A stretch of 37,567 nt of DNA, from sequence record SRR20825006_561; one strand, written 5' to 3'. The notes beneath the pieces were generated by a model. That model did not search any database, was not told the DNA's origin, and saw only the letters and a list, made by a program, of their open reading frames with translations. This document shows positions 18,881 through 28,708 of the stretch, piece by piece. How positions within the stretch are numbered: position 1 is the first letter of the stretch; each line of letters begins with the position of its first letter. The position numbers were made by a program, and so were the translations under genes.

Positions 18881-19768
18881 ATGTTGTATGACGTGAGCCT
18901 GACGATCGAATATAATTATGCGGCCACCTCGGATCGGGCGCGCAATTTGGTGCGGCTGTTGCCCTCCAATATTGTGGGCGTGCAACAGGTCCGGCAACGC
19001 CTGCTTCAGGTCACGCCCCGGCCCGATGAACGCCGCGATGGCGTTGATTTTTTTGGCAACGCAATGAGCATGGTGGCGTGGCACCATCCGATTGACGCCA
19101 TGTCTCTCAATCTCACCGCCAAAGTGGAGCGGTTTGACACCATCGTGCCACTTGATTTTTCGCCGCGTCTGGCGGAGTTCGCACGGGATCTGAGTGCGGT
19201 GCATGGGCTTGGCCCGGATGCGCCGCATCACTTTGCCTCCGCCTCGCCGCTGGTGTCGCCGTCGCCCGCGATGACGGCCTATGCCCGCGATCTTGTCGAC
19301 CCGGACATGACTGCGATGCAGGTTGTCGAGGTGCTGGGCCGGGCGCTGCACCGCGATATGACGTTTGATCCCGAAGCGACCGACGTGAACACGCCGCCCG
19401 AAGAGGCCTTTGAAAACCGTCATGGCGTCTGTCAGGATTTCGCCCATGTGATGATCGCCGCCCTGCGCGGGATCGGCATTCCGGCGGGCTATGTCTCGGG
19501 GTTTTTGCGTACCTTCGCGCCCCCCGGACAACCGCGCCTTGAGGGGGCGGATGCGATGCATGCGTGGGTGCGCGCTTGGGTCGGTCAGGAGACTGGTTGG
19601 ATCGAATTCGACCCGACCAATGACCAGTTTGCCGGTACGGATTACATCACCGTGGGCTACGGGCGCGATTATGGTGATGTCGCGCCTGTGCGTGGCGTGA
19701 TGCGGACCTCAGGCGGGCAGGAAAGCCGTCAGGCGGTAGATGTGATCCCGCTTGAGGACGTCACCTAA
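18881..19768 (+). CDS. Transglutaminase family protein
   Basis: DFFGN, GVCQDFAH, YVSG, MHAW, EFDPTN, GRDYGDV.P; 3 bp after the upstream stop. Confidence 0.92.
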   Translation: MLYDVSLTIEYNYAATSDRARNLVRLLPSNIVGVQQVRQRLLQVTPRPDERRDGVDFFGNAMSMVAWHHPIDAMSLNLTAKVERFDTIVPLDFSPRLAEFARDLSAVHGLGPDAPHHFASASPLVSPSPAMTAYARDLVDPDMTAMQVVEVLGRALHRDMTFDPEATDVNTPPEEAFENRHGVCQDFAHVMIAALRGIGIPAGYVSGFLRTFAPPGQPRLEGADAMHAWVRAWVGQETGWIEFDPTNDQFAGTDYITVGYGRDYGDVAPVRGVMRTSGGQESRQAVDVIPLEDVT

Positions 19769-19774
19769 GCGCCG

Positions 19775-20593
19775 TCAATAATAGACGAAGCTGCGCATCG
19801 ACACCGAGGCGATGTCGATGGAGGAGTTCATGAACATCACCTCATCTTTGGCGTCTGAAGCCCCCGCAATGGTCAGCGCCGGAAGGTAGTGATCCAGCGA
19901 CGGATGCGCCAGTGTCAACAGGCTGCCAAGCCCTTCACGGTCTGAGAGTGCGGCATGGTCGCGGGCCATAAGGCGTTCGGCAAACATCCCGTCAAACTCC
20001 AGCGCCCAGTCATAGGGTTTCGCGCCATATTTCATCCTGCGCAGGTTGTGAACGATATTGCCGGAGCCGAGGATCAACACCCCGCGATGGCGCAGATCGG
20101 CAAGCGCCTGACCAATCTCAAGATGATGCGGCAAGTCCTTGGTCATATCAATCGACAGCTGAAACACCGGGACATCGGCCTCAGGGTAGAGCCATGTCAA
20201 AACCGACCACGCGCCGTGATCCAGGCCCCATGTGTCATCGCCCTCGGCGTGGTGGCTGGCGAGAAGAGAGACGACCTCATTGGCCACATCGGGTGCGCCT
20301 TGGGCGGGGTAGTGTTGGGCAAACAGCTCCTGTGGGAAGCCATAAAAATCATGGATGGTCTTCGGCATGCGCGACACATCCACCAGCGTTGACCCCCGTG
20401 TCATCCAATGCGCCGACACCACCAAAATTGCCTGTGGTCGCGGCAAAGAAGACCCTAACTCGGCCCAACTACGCGAATAGGCATTGTCTTCGATGGCGTT
20501 CATCGGGCTACCATGGCCCAAAAACACAACCGGCATCCGATCCGAGGATGTGAGACGGTCTTTCAGGTTTTGCAGGTCTTGTGCGAGGCTCAT
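19775..20593 (-). CDS. ygiD: 4,5-DOPA extradiol dioxygenase (LigB/YgiD family)
   Basis: FLGHGSPMN, SAHW, TIHDFYGFP, WGLDHGAW, GSGNIVHNL, AHPS.DHYLP. Confidence 0.92.
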   Translation of the reverse strand: MSLAQDLQNLKDRLTSSDRMPVVFLGHGSPMNAIEDNAYSRSWAELGSSLPRPQAILVVSAHWMTRGSTLVDVSRMPKTIHDFYGFPQELFAQHYPAQGAPDVANEVVSLLASHHAEGDDTWGLDHGAWSVLTWLYPEADVPVFQLSIDMTKDLPHHLEIGQALADLRHRGVLILGSGNIVHNLRRMKYGAKPYDWALEFDGMFAERLMARDHAALSDREGLGSLLTLAHPSLDHYLPALTIAGASDAKDEVMFMNSSIDIASVSMRSFVYY

Positions 20594-20705
20594 AGTGATG
20601 TCCTTTGCGGGGCTGGTGCTGTGCTGGGGGCTCTTTGTCCCAATGCTTGAGCCAAAGATGGTACTTGATGTGAGGGAATGAAATAGCGAATATATGGAAT
20701 GACTA

Positions 20706-20720
20706 GGAACAAAACATTCC
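20706..20720. promoter_or_regulatory. Candidate operator in the ygiD/LysR divergent region
   Basis: GGAA-N7-TTCC dyad immediately upstream of the LysR start, inside an AT-rich stretch with a further GGAA 5' of it. Confidence 0.35.
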
Positions 20721-20733
20721 CAATGGTTGCGTG

Positions 20734-21630
20734 ATGGACCTGATTGACGGGCTCAAAGCCTTTGTGGCCACGGCGCAAACCGGGTCGTTTACTGCGGCGG
20801 CGGACCGGCTTGGCATGTCCAATCGGTTGACGTCAAAATATGTCGCCGAGCTCGAACAGCGCCTTGGCGTGCGGGTGTTGCAACGCACCACGCGCAAGGT
20901 TGGGGTCACCTCGGCGGGCGAAGAGCTTTTGGCCCGTGCGCCCGCGCTTTTGGACGAACTCGATGCGATGCTCTCGGCGGTGACCGAGGACAGTCGTGGG
21001 TTTTCCGGTACGCTGCGGGTATCCGCCCCTGTGACCTTTGGTGAAACCTATGTGCAGGGCCTGATGCAACGCTTCGCCGCCCCGCATCCTGACCTGACCA
21101 TCGACTTGCGGCTCAACGACAGCTATGTCGATCTGGCCGCCGAAGGGGTCGATCTGGCGTTTCGGATCGGCACCCTGGATCAGCCGACGTTAAAGATGCG
21201 CAAACTGGGCGAAATCCAAAGCGTCGTTGTTGCCGCCCCGGCCTATCTCGCGGATCACCCTGCACCAAAGCGGCCCAAAGATCTGGCACATCACGGTTGT
21301 ATCATCGACACCAACCGCCGCCGCCCGGCGCACTGGGTGTTTGTGGATGGTGCACAAGAGATTGCCGTCACCGTGCGCAGCCGGTTCATGGTCAACAGCG
21401 CGCGCGCGGCGCGGGATTTGGCCGTCGCCGGGCAAGGGATCGCCTTTTGCCCGCGCTTTGTCTTGGGGGATGATCTTGAGACCGGGCGTTTGGTGTCGCT
21501 TTTGGACGGGTTTGATCCTCCCGGCCACCCGATCAGCGCGATCTATCTTGAAGGGCGCACCTTGCCTCTTAAAGTGCGTGCTTTGATCGACTTCGCCCGT
21601 ACGGACATTCGCCAAGCGGGCATCGTCTGA
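20734..21630 (+). CDS. LysR family transcriptional regulator (CrgA-like), divergent from ygiD
   Basis: GSFTAAADRLG, LE.RLGVR.LQRTTR, G.LRVSAP, EG.DLA.RIG, KVRALIDF; ATG 20734 or GTG 20731. Confidence 0.93.
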   Translation: MDLIDGLKAFVATAQTGSFTAAADRLGMSNRLTSKYVAELEQRLGVRVLQRTTRKVGVTSAGEELLARAPALLDELDAMLSAVTEDSRGFSGTLRVSAPVTFGETYVQGLMQRFAAPHPDLTIDLRLNDSYVDLAAEGVDLAFRIGTLDQPTLKMRKLGEIQSVVVAAPAYLADHPAPKRPKDLAHHGCIIDTNRRRPAHWVFVDGAQEIAVTVRSRFMVNSARAARDLAVAGQGIAFCPRFVLGDDLETGRLVSLLDGFDPPGHPISAIYLEGRTLPLKVRALIDFARTDIRQAGIV

Positions 21631-21660
21631 CACTGGACCGTTCAACAATTCTGTCTCAGT

Positions 21661-21674
21661 TTGACCTGAACCAA
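21661..21674 (+). promoter_or_regulatory. Candidate FNR/FnrL-type box upstream of the EF-G paralogue
   Basis: TTGAC-ctga-ACCAA versus consensus TTGAY-N4-RTCAA (one mismatch), about 90 nt upstream of ATG 21763. Confidence 0.45.
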
Positions 21675-21762
21675 GGCCGAGCGCTACGCTGGGGCGTAGT
21701 CTTATCCCCAATCACGCTTTTTGACGTGTAGCGTAAAGCACGATGACCCGGAGGATTCCCGC

Positions 21763-23679
21763 ATGAAAACCGTCACCATTTTAGGCCCATCTCAATCAGG
21801 CAAATCAACATTGGCCAAAGCGCTCGCCGGGCTTGAGACGGGAACATTCCGCTCTTTGAGCCTGTTTGGCGAGGCTGCGGTCACGATGTTTCGCTATCTG
21901 GATGAAGATTGGGCCGTGCTGGAGTGTCCGGGCGGGGCGGAGGGCCTGTCACTGGCCGGATCGGCCTTGGCGGGCAGTGACGCGGCAGTGCTGTGCGTGT
22001 CGGCGGATGTGGATGCGGCGGTTTTGGCCGCGCCTTATTTGCGCCTGCTTGAGGCGGCCAATCTACCGACGCTGATTTTCGTCAACAAACTTGATGTCGC
22101 AACCGACCGCATCAGCGATGTGGTCGCCGCACTGCAAGCCTATTCGGCCCATGGCATCGTGCTGCGCGAAGTGCCGATCCGCGAGAATGGTGAAATCACC
22201 GGCGTGGTGGATCTGATCTCTGAGCGCGCTTGGGCGTTCCATGACGGCGCGCGCTCGTCCTTGATGGAACTGCCGAAAGATATGCGGGCGCGCGAACAAG
22301 AGGCCCGCGCCGATTTGCTCGAACATCTTGCCGATTTTGACGATGCGCTGTTGGAAGAATTGATCGAGGACCAACAGGTGATGAGTGCCGAGATCTATGA
22401 GGTCTCGACCAAAGTGCTTCAGCATCACGACCTGATCCCGACCTTTTTGGGGGCGGCTGCAAAGGGCAATGGTCTGACCCGGTTGATGAAAAGCCTGCGC
22501 CATGAAGTGCCGGGGATTGAAGTGCTGTCAGAACGGTTGGGCACGTCTCCTGTGGCGGTCGGGATTTTTGCCGATCAGGTCAAACATCTTGGCAAAACCG
22601 TGCTGATCCGCCCTGTGGGGGCCAAGATTTCGGCGGGCGCGCAAGTGGCGGGCGGCAGTATCGGCAGCCTCGTTGACATTGATGCCAAAACCCCGGTGAG
22701 CCAACTTGCCCCCGGTGCCCTCGCATTGACGGTGAAAACCGATCACCTGTCCCTGCGCGCGCCGGTCTATGGCGCGAGCCAGCCGATGGAGACGCCGGCC
22801 TGGGCCGCGGCACATGCGCCAAAACACAGATGCTTGATCTCGCCTGTCAATGACCGTGATGACGCGCGCTTGTCCCTGGCTTTGACGAAACTGGCCGAGA
22901 TTGATCCGGGGCTGAGCGTGGAGCAGGACAGCCAAAGCGGCAAGGCGATTTTGGCGACCCAAGACCAGCTTCATCAACGCCGCGTTATGAGCAAACTCGA
23001 CGAGGTCTTCGGCGTGTCGGTCACCCTTGAGGCGATCCCTCCGGCGCTGTTTGAAACCATCACGCGGCGGGTCGAGACCCAGCACCGCCACCGCAAACAA
23101 TCCGGCGGGGCCGGGCAATTTGCCGATGTGGTGATCGAGATCGAACCCTTGCCGCGTGGCGATGGTTTTGTCTTTGCCGAAACGGTCAAAGGCGGCGCGG
23201 TGCCGCGCAATTACATGTCGGCGGTGGAGGCGGGGGTGTGCGACGCACTGGCCGAGGGGCCAAACGGATGGCCCGTGGTGGACATCAAAGTCACGCTCAA
23301 AGATGGCAAACACCATGCGGTGGACAGCTCTGATCATGCCTTCCGCACCGCCGCCAAAGGCGCTATGCGTGAGGCGATGGCCGAGGCGAAACCCATTGTC
23401 TTGCAGCCGATCCACCGGATCAGCATTCATGTCCCAAGCCCGTTTTCCGGTGGATTGGTGCCTTTGGTGACGGGTCTCAAGGGACAGGTTTTGGGCTTTG
23501 AGGCCGAAGGCGATGTGGCCGGTTGGGACGTGTTTTCCGCCCTGCTGCCTGCGGCATCCGAAGCGGAGTTGTTTCAGGCCTTGGGCAGCGCGTCGCGCGG
23601 CACCGCGTGGTATGAGACGGAGCTGGATCATTATGAAGAGGCTCATGGCGCGGTCGCGACGATGGTCCCAACGTCCTGA
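21763..23679 (+). CDS. Elongation factor G-like protein (divergent EF-G paralogue)
   Basis: GPSQSGKST, FVNKLD, E.DP.L, HRKQSGGAGQFADV, GGAVP.NY..AVE.G, DG..H.VDSS..AF, L.PI, G.VLG; GGAGG RBS before ATG 21763. Confidence 0.9.
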   Translation: MKTVTILGPSQSGKSTLAKALAGLETGTFRSLSLFGEAAVTMFRYLDEDWAVLECPGGAEGLSLAGSALAGSDAAVLCVSADVDAAVLAAPYLRLLEAANLPTLIFVNKLDVATDRISDVVAALQAYSAHGIVLREVPIRENGEITGVVDLISERAWAFHDGARSSLMELPKDMRAREQEARADLLEHLADFDDALLEELIEDQQVMSAEIYEVSTKVLQHHDLIPTFLGAAAKGNGLTRLMKSLRHEVPGIEVLSERLGTSPVAVGIFADQVKHLGKTVLIRPVGAKISAGAQVAGGSIGSLVDIDAKTPVSQLAPGALALTVKTDHLSLRAPVYGASQPMETPAWAAAHAPKHRCLISPVNDRDDARLSLALTKLAEIDPGLSVEQDSQSGKAILATQDQLHQRRVMSKLDEVFGVSVTLEAIPPALFETITRRVETQHRHRKQSGGAGQFADVVIEIEPLPRGDGFVFAETVKGGAVPRNYMSAVEAGVCDALAEGPNGWPVVDIKVTLKDGKHHAVDSSDHAFRTAAKGAMREAMAEAKPIVLQPIHRISIHVPSPFSGGLVPLVTGLKGQVLGFEAEGDVAGWDVFSALLPAASEAELFQALGSASRGTAWYETELDHYEEAHGAVATMVPTS

Positions 23680-23711
23680 TTGAGCTAACCCTCACAACAA
23701 AATCAAAATTT

Positions 23712-23742
23712 GAGCCGCCGAGACCCCTTTGGCGGCTCTTTT
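23712..23742 (+). terminator. Rho-independent terminator after the EF-G-like gene
   Basis: GAGCCGCC (23712-23719) / GGCGGCTC (23731-23738) followed by TTTT. Confidence 0.75.
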
Positions 23743-23840
23743 GAATTTGGCCCCTCAGCGAGATATGTGCGACGGAAATCCGACGCTCCTGCGTATTACA
23801 GGTTCAAGCTCTCTGCGCTGCGGCATTTGAAAGGTTCGAT

Positions 23841-25007
23841 ATGAAACCCTCCCTTCGTTTTTTGATTGTCATTCTGCTCTGTGGAGCGGGCTATTGGGGC
23901 TGGACCCAGTATGCGAGCAAGGACGACCAAGCCCCGCCGCAAACGGCGCGTGTCATGCGGGGATCGGTGTCCGAGACTGTGCTGGCCTCAGGCACGATCG
24001 AAGCCAAGCAATTGATCAGCGTCGGTGCGCGCACCTCGGGTCAGATCGAAACGATGGCCGTCGCTTTGGGCCAAACCGTGGCGGCGGGTGATTTGATCGC
24101 GCAGATCGACAGTCAGGACCAACACAACGACGTGCTTCAGGCCGAAGCGGAATTGGCCAATATCAACGCGCAGATTGCGGCGAAACATGCGAGTTTGAAA
24201 AAGGCGCAACTGTCCTTGAATCGGTTGAATGAGCTGAACAAACAAAACTACGCCTCGCAAGAAGATGTCGAAAGCGCGATTGCCGATCTGGCGGTTTATG
24301 AGGCCGAGCTTGAGGCGTTGGACGCACAAAAATCAAGCGCAGAGGTCAATGTGTCGACCGCGAAAATCGCGCTGGACCGCACCACGGTGACGGCGCCGAT
24401 CAGCGGCACGGTTGTGGCCGTGGTCGTGGATGAAGGTCAAACGGTGAATGCCAACACGACCTCTCCGACCTTGGTGAAATTGGCCAACCTCGACAAGATG
24501 CTCGTCAAAGCCGAAATTTCAGAGGCCGATGTGGTGCATGTCGCGGCGGGGCAAAAGGTCAGCTTTACCATTCTTGGAGAACCCGACAACGCCTTTGCCG
24601 CCACCGTGCGCGACATCGAACCCGCCCCCTCGGAGATCGAGGACAGCGATACGATTTCGACCGATGAGGCGATTTATTACAATGGCATTCTTGAGGTGGA
24701 TAACCCGGATCATGTGTTGCGGATCGGGATGACGACACAGGTGTCCGTGGTCTTGGATGAGGCGGTGAATGTGTTGACCGTGCCTGCCGCGGCTTTGAAC
24801 ACGGGTGCGGAGGGGCAGCCGTTTGTCATGGTGTATGACGCCACCAGCGGAGCAGAAAGAATGCAGCCGGTTGAGGTGGGGCTGAACAACAAAGTGACGG
24901 CGGAAATCATCTCTGGTGTGAGCGAGGGCGATTGGGTTGTGACCGGGGCAACCGTTGCGGCACCCACAGGCAGTTCTGGACGCATGGGTCCGGGAATGGG
25001 GTTCTGA
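23841..25007 (+). CDS. macA: MacA-type periplasmic adaptor (membrane fusion protein)
   Basis: N-terminal anchor, VGARTSGQI, coiled-coil hairpin, APISGTV..V.V.EGQTVNA, ISEADV, FTILG.P, AIYY, LRIGMT. Confidence 0.9.
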   Translation: MKPSLRFLIVILLCGAGYWGWTQYASKDDQAPPQTARVMRGSVSETVLASGTIEAKQLISVGARTSGQIETMAVALGQTVAAGDLIAQIDSQDQHNDVLQAEAELANINAQIAAKHASLKKAQLSLNRLNELNKQNYASQEDVESAIADLAVYEAELEALDAQKSSAEVNVSTAKIALDRTTVTAPISGTVVAVVVDEGQTVNANTTSPTLVKLANLDKMLVKAEISEADVVHVAAGQKVSFTILGEPDNAFAATVRDIEPAPSEIEDSDTISTDEAIYYNGILEVDNPDHVLRIGMTTQVSVVLDEAVNVLTVPAAALNTGAEGQPFVMVYDATSGAERMQPVEVGLNNKVTAEIISGVSEGDWVVTGATVAAPTGSSGRMGPGMGF

Positions 25008-25008
25008 C

Positions 25009-26976
25009 ATGACCGATGCCATAAGGCCCAACCCGCTTATTTCCGCGCGCGGTTTGACCCGCAGTTTTCCCGCAGGGGAGGAGGTCATCACCGTGTTGCG
25101 CGACGTGGATATCGACATTTATCCCGGCGAAATGGTGGCCATAATCGGCACCTCGGGCTCAGGCAAATCGACCCTGATGAACATCCTCGGCTGTCTCGAC
25201 CGCGCCAGTTCCGGGACCTATATGTTTGATGGCAAGGATGTGGAAGATCTTGATCCTGACGAATTGTCGCGGCTGCGGCGCGAACATTTTGGCTTTATTT
25301 TTCAACGCTATCAATTGCTGTCCGATCTGGATGCGGTCGGTAATGTCGAGGTGCCGGCGATTTATGCCGGGGTCGGGCGCACCGCGCGGCGAGAACACGC
25401 CAAAGAGCTGTTGACCCAATTGGGCTTGGAGACGCGTTTTGATCATCGCCCTACCGAACTGTCCGGCGGCCAGCAGCAACGCGTCTCTGTGGCGCGTGCC
25501 CTGATGAATGGGGGCGAGGTGATCCTGGCCGATGAGCCGACTGGCGCATTGGACACCAAAAGTGGTGATGATCTGATTGCGCTTTTGCTGGATCTCAACG
25601 CCAGGGGCCACACCATCGTCATGGTCACACACGACCCGAATGTGGCCAAACACGCCCATCGGATCATTGAAATCAGTGATGGTCGGATCATTTCGGATCA
25701 GCGGCAAGACGGCAAAGACCCCGAAAGTAAGACCGCCTATAAGGCGCAAATCCCGCCCGCCAGTGCCCATATTGGTGCGGCGCTGCAGCGGTTGGGGGAG
25801 GCGTTCAATATTTCGCTCAAGGCGATGTTGGCGCATCGCACCCGCTCTTTTTTGACCATGCTCGGCATCATCATCGGCATCGCCTCCGTGGTGCTGGTCG
25901 TGGCGCTTGGCAATGGCACGCAGGAGAAGGTGCTTGAAAGCATCAGCTCTCTGGGCACCAACACGATCTCCGTGCGCGCAGGCTCGGGTTTTGGCGCGCG
26001 CGATTCCGGGCGGATCGAAACGCTGATGCCCTCAGATGCCGATGCCCTGTCCTTGATGCCCTTCGCCGACAGCGTCTCTCCCGCCGTGTCCACGCAGGCC
26101 TCGGTGATCTATCGCAACACCGAAGCCTCCGCGACGATCAGCGGGGTGAGTGGCGATTACTTTCAGGTCCACGCCTATGAGACCGTCTCTGGCACCGTGT
26201 TCAGTGACAGCGATGTCACGAGTTACACGCAGGTCGCGGTGATTGATGAGGACACGCAAGGCACGTTTTTTGACACAGGGGTCGATCCTTTGGGGCAGGT
26301 ATTGATATTAGGCCATGTGCCGGTCCGGGTGATCGGCGTGGTGCGTTCGACAGGAGCCACGTTTGGTCCGTCTTCGCTCAATGTCTGGGTGCCCTACACC
26401 ACGGCGATGGCGCGGGTGTCGGGACAAAACAACCTCGACAGCATTGGCATTCGGGTGGTTGACGATTTCGATATGGCCGAGGCCGAAGCCCAGATTTCCG
26501 CACTTTTGACCGCGCGCCACGGTTCCAAGGATTTCTTTTTGACCAACACGGACACGATCCGTGAAACCATCACCTCAACGACCGAAACACTGACCTATCT
26601 TGTGGCGATGATTGCGGTGATTTCACTGATCGTCGGCGGGATTGGCGTGATGAACATCATGTTGGTCTCTGTGACTGAACGGACCAAAGAGATCGGCGTG
26701 CGCATCGCCATCGGGGCGCGGCGCTCCGATATTGTCAGCCAGTTTTTGCTGGAGGCAGTGATGGTCTGTCTCGTCGGTGGGGTGCTTGGGATTGCGGGGG
26801 CTTTGATGGGCGGGGTTCTGGTGGAACGCTTTGTGGACAGTGTGCGATTGAGTTTCTCGGTCGCGGCCGTTGTCGTCGCATTCCTGTCCTCGACCTTGAT
26901 CGGGATCACCTTTGGCTTTCTTCCGGCACGCAATGCGGCGCGCCTCGATCCTGTTGTCGCGCTGAGCCGGGAGTGA
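25009..26976 (+). CDS. macB: MacB-type ABC ATPase/permease fusion
   Basis: [68 protein letters not shown]; start ATG 25009. Confidence 0.94.
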   Translation: MTDAIRPNPLISARGLTRSFPAGEEVITVLRDVDIDIYPGEMVAIIGTSGSGKSTLMNILGCLDRASSGTYMFDGKDVEDLDPDELSRLRREHFGFIFQRYQLLSDLDAVGNVEVPAIYAGVGRTARREHAKELLTQLGLETRFDHRPTELSGGQQQRVSVARALMNGGEVILADEPTGALDTKSGDDLIALLLDLNARGHTIVMVTHDPNVAKHAHRIIEISDGRIISDQRQDGKDPESKTAYKAQIPPASAHIGAALQRLGEAFNISLKAMLAHRTRSFLTMLGIIIGIASVVLVVALGNGTQEKVLESISSLGTNTISVRAGSGFGARDSGRIETLMPSDADALSLMPFADSVSPAVSTQASVIYRNTEASATISGVSGDYFQVHAYETVSGTVFSDSDVTSYTQVAVIDEDTQGTFFDTGVDPLGQVLILGHVPVRVIGVVRSTGATFGPSSLNVWVPYTTAMARVSGQNNLDSIGIRVVDDFDMAEAEAQISALLTARHGSKDFFLTNTDTIRETITSTTETLTYLVAMIAVISLIVGGIGVMNIMLVSVTERTKEIGVRIAIGARRSDIVSQFLLEAVMVCLVGGVLGIAGALMGGVLVERFVDSVRLSFSVAAVVVAFLSSTLIGITFGFLPARNAARLDPVVALSRE

Positions 26977-27058
26977 AAGGGTGGTTTTCGGGACTGGCAC
27001 CTTGGCGCGCGGCTCGGTAGCATGGCGTTCAAAGATGTGAACAGGACACCACGCGAGC

Positions 27059-27955
27059 ATGTCAAACCACCGCGCCGCAGTCATCGGGGCCTCCGGGCGG
27101 ATCGGCGCGCTGTTGCGTGCGGCATCACTGGCGGAACCTGCGGAGCATATAAAGATCACATGGCAATTTCGCGCACCCCCGCCTGACCCGAAGACCGGTT
27201 TTCACTGGCCTGACCTCACGGACCCGCAGCCTCTGATCCATGAAGTCGCGCGCCGGGGCGGGCTGGATGCGCTTTTGGTCTTTGCCGGCGTGTCCCAAAC
27301 CGGGCGCAAAGACGATCCGGCTGAGATGAAAGCCAACGTCGGGATCGTGGATGCCGCGATCTCTGCGGCTCAGTCAGCGGGGATTTCAAAACTCATCGTG
27401 GCGTCTTCGTCTGCGGTCTATGGCGGGGGGATGGGGTGTCCTTTTGTCGAAACCGATACGCTCCACCCGCTCAACGCCTATGGCGCGGCGAAGATGGAGA
27501 TGGAGGCACTGTGCGCCCGGCGAGCGGATGCATTGGGGCTTGAGATCTGTTGCCTGCGCATTGGCAATGTCGCGGGGGCGGATATGCTTTTGGGCAATGC
27601 CATGGCGCGGGCACAAGGCGATGCGCCGTTGCGGCTGGATATGTTCCCCGATGGCGAAGGTCCGCGCCGGTCTTATATCGGACCTCTGAGCCTGTTTCGT
27701 CTGCTTTGTGCGCTGATCGTAACGGATCAACCCTTGCCGTCTGTACTCAACCTAGGGGCGCGTCACCCAGTGTCGATGAATGCGCTCTTGGAAGCGGCGG
27801 AAGAGCCATGGACGGCCGTACCCGTATCCGCCTCGGGACATCAAAACATCGCGTTGAACTGTACTGCTCTTTTTGACATCTGCCCGCAGGTCCCGGTGGG
27901 CGACACTGCGGCAGATATTGTTGCCGAATGGCAGCGGCTGCGAGGCGTATTATGA
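27059..27955 (+). CDS. NAD-dependent epimerase/dehydratase/reductase (extended SDR)
   Basis: GASGRIG, ASSSAVYG, YGAAK (YxxxK), LRIGNV, RSYI. Confidence 0.88.
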   Translation: MSNHRAAVIGASGRIGALLRAASLAEPAEHIKITWQFRAPPPDPKTGFHWPDLTDPQPLIHEVARRGGLDALLVFAGVSQTGRKDDPAEMKANVGIVDAAISAAQSAGISKLIVASSSAVYGGGMGCPFVETDTLHPLNAYGAAKMEMEALCARRADALGLEICCLRIGNVAGADMLLGNAMARAQGDAPLRLDMFPDGEGPRRSYIGPLSLFRLLCALIVTDQPLPSVLNLGARHPVSMNALLEAAEEPWTAVPVSASGHQNIALNCTALFDICPQVPVGDTAADIVAEWQRLRGVL

Positions 27956-28563
27956 CAGGTCGAAAACGACTCTTTGATATCGTCTTTGCGCTTGTTCTGG
28001 CGGCTCTGCTATGGCCGGTCTTTACCGTCGTGGCGCTGTTGATCCTGTTTCGGGACGGTGCGCCGATTTTCTACACCTCCGAGCGGATGAAAACCGCAGA
28101 CACCGGCTTTCAACTGATCAAATTCCGCACCATGACCGTGGCGCAAAATGACAGCGGCGTGTCCGGTGGCAATAAGGCCGCGCGGGTGACAAGGATTGGG
28201 CGTTTTCTGAGGAAAACCCGGTTGGATGAACTGCCGCAGCTTTGGAACATTCTGCGCGGCGATATGTCCTTTGTCGGTCCGCGCCCGCCGCTTAGAGCCT
28301 ATGTCGAGCGGTTTCCCGATCTCTATGCGGATGTCCTGAAAAACCGCCCCGGCGTGACGGGTTTGGCGAGTTTGTATTTCCACGCCCATGAAGAACGCCT
28401 TTTGTCCAAATGCGTCAGTTTTGAGCAAACGGATGATGTCTATGCCCGCCGGTGCGTGCCCCGAAAGGCGTGTTTGGATCTGATCTATCAAAGACATGCA
28501 ACTGTCTGTTTCGATGTCAAGATATTGGCCATGACCTGCGCTGCCGTTCTGCAGAGACGATGA
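27952..28563 (+). CDS. Small monotopic phosphoglycosyl transferase (bacterial sugar transferase family)
   Basis: KR.FD, KFRTM, RVT.IG.FLRK.RLDELPQL.N.L.GDMS.VGPRP, PG.TG; ATGA overlap at 27952. Confidence 0.92.
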   Translation: MTGRKRLFDIVFALVLAALLWPVFTVVALLILFRDGAPIFYTSERMKTADTGFQLIKFRTMTVAQNDSGVSGGNKAARVTRIGRFLRKTRLDELPQLWNILRGDMSFVGPRPPLRAYVERFPDLYADVLKNRPGVTGLASLYFHAHEERLLSKCVSFEQTDDVYARRCVPRKACLDLIYQRHATVCFDVKILAMTCAAVLQRR

Positions 28564-28708
28564 GGTCCGGCGGTCCCTCGGCGGTCCTTCGCTGATCAAT
28601 CTGGTACTTTTTTACACAGTTTCGGTTTTAATACACATACGCCCTTTCCCAAGCCCATGCTTTTTGCAAGGAAGAAAGGGAAAATACACTTTTTGAGCGA
28701 GTAACCGA

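Noticed and set aside
17627-19561. 644-aa minus-strand ORF (similarly 13529-14443, 14621-15616, 22528-23646, 30812-32038)
   Set aside because: All lie opposite well-supported genes and have R/H/G-rich shadow composition without domain signatures.
23841-26976. macAB without tolC as an unusual system
   Set aside because: TolC is commonly encoded elsewhere; nothing atypical in the motifs.
28569-28590. Tandem GGCGGTCCYTC repeat after the sugar transferase gene
   Set aside because: Only two copies, no spacers, not an ops/JUMPstart match; not CRISPR-like.
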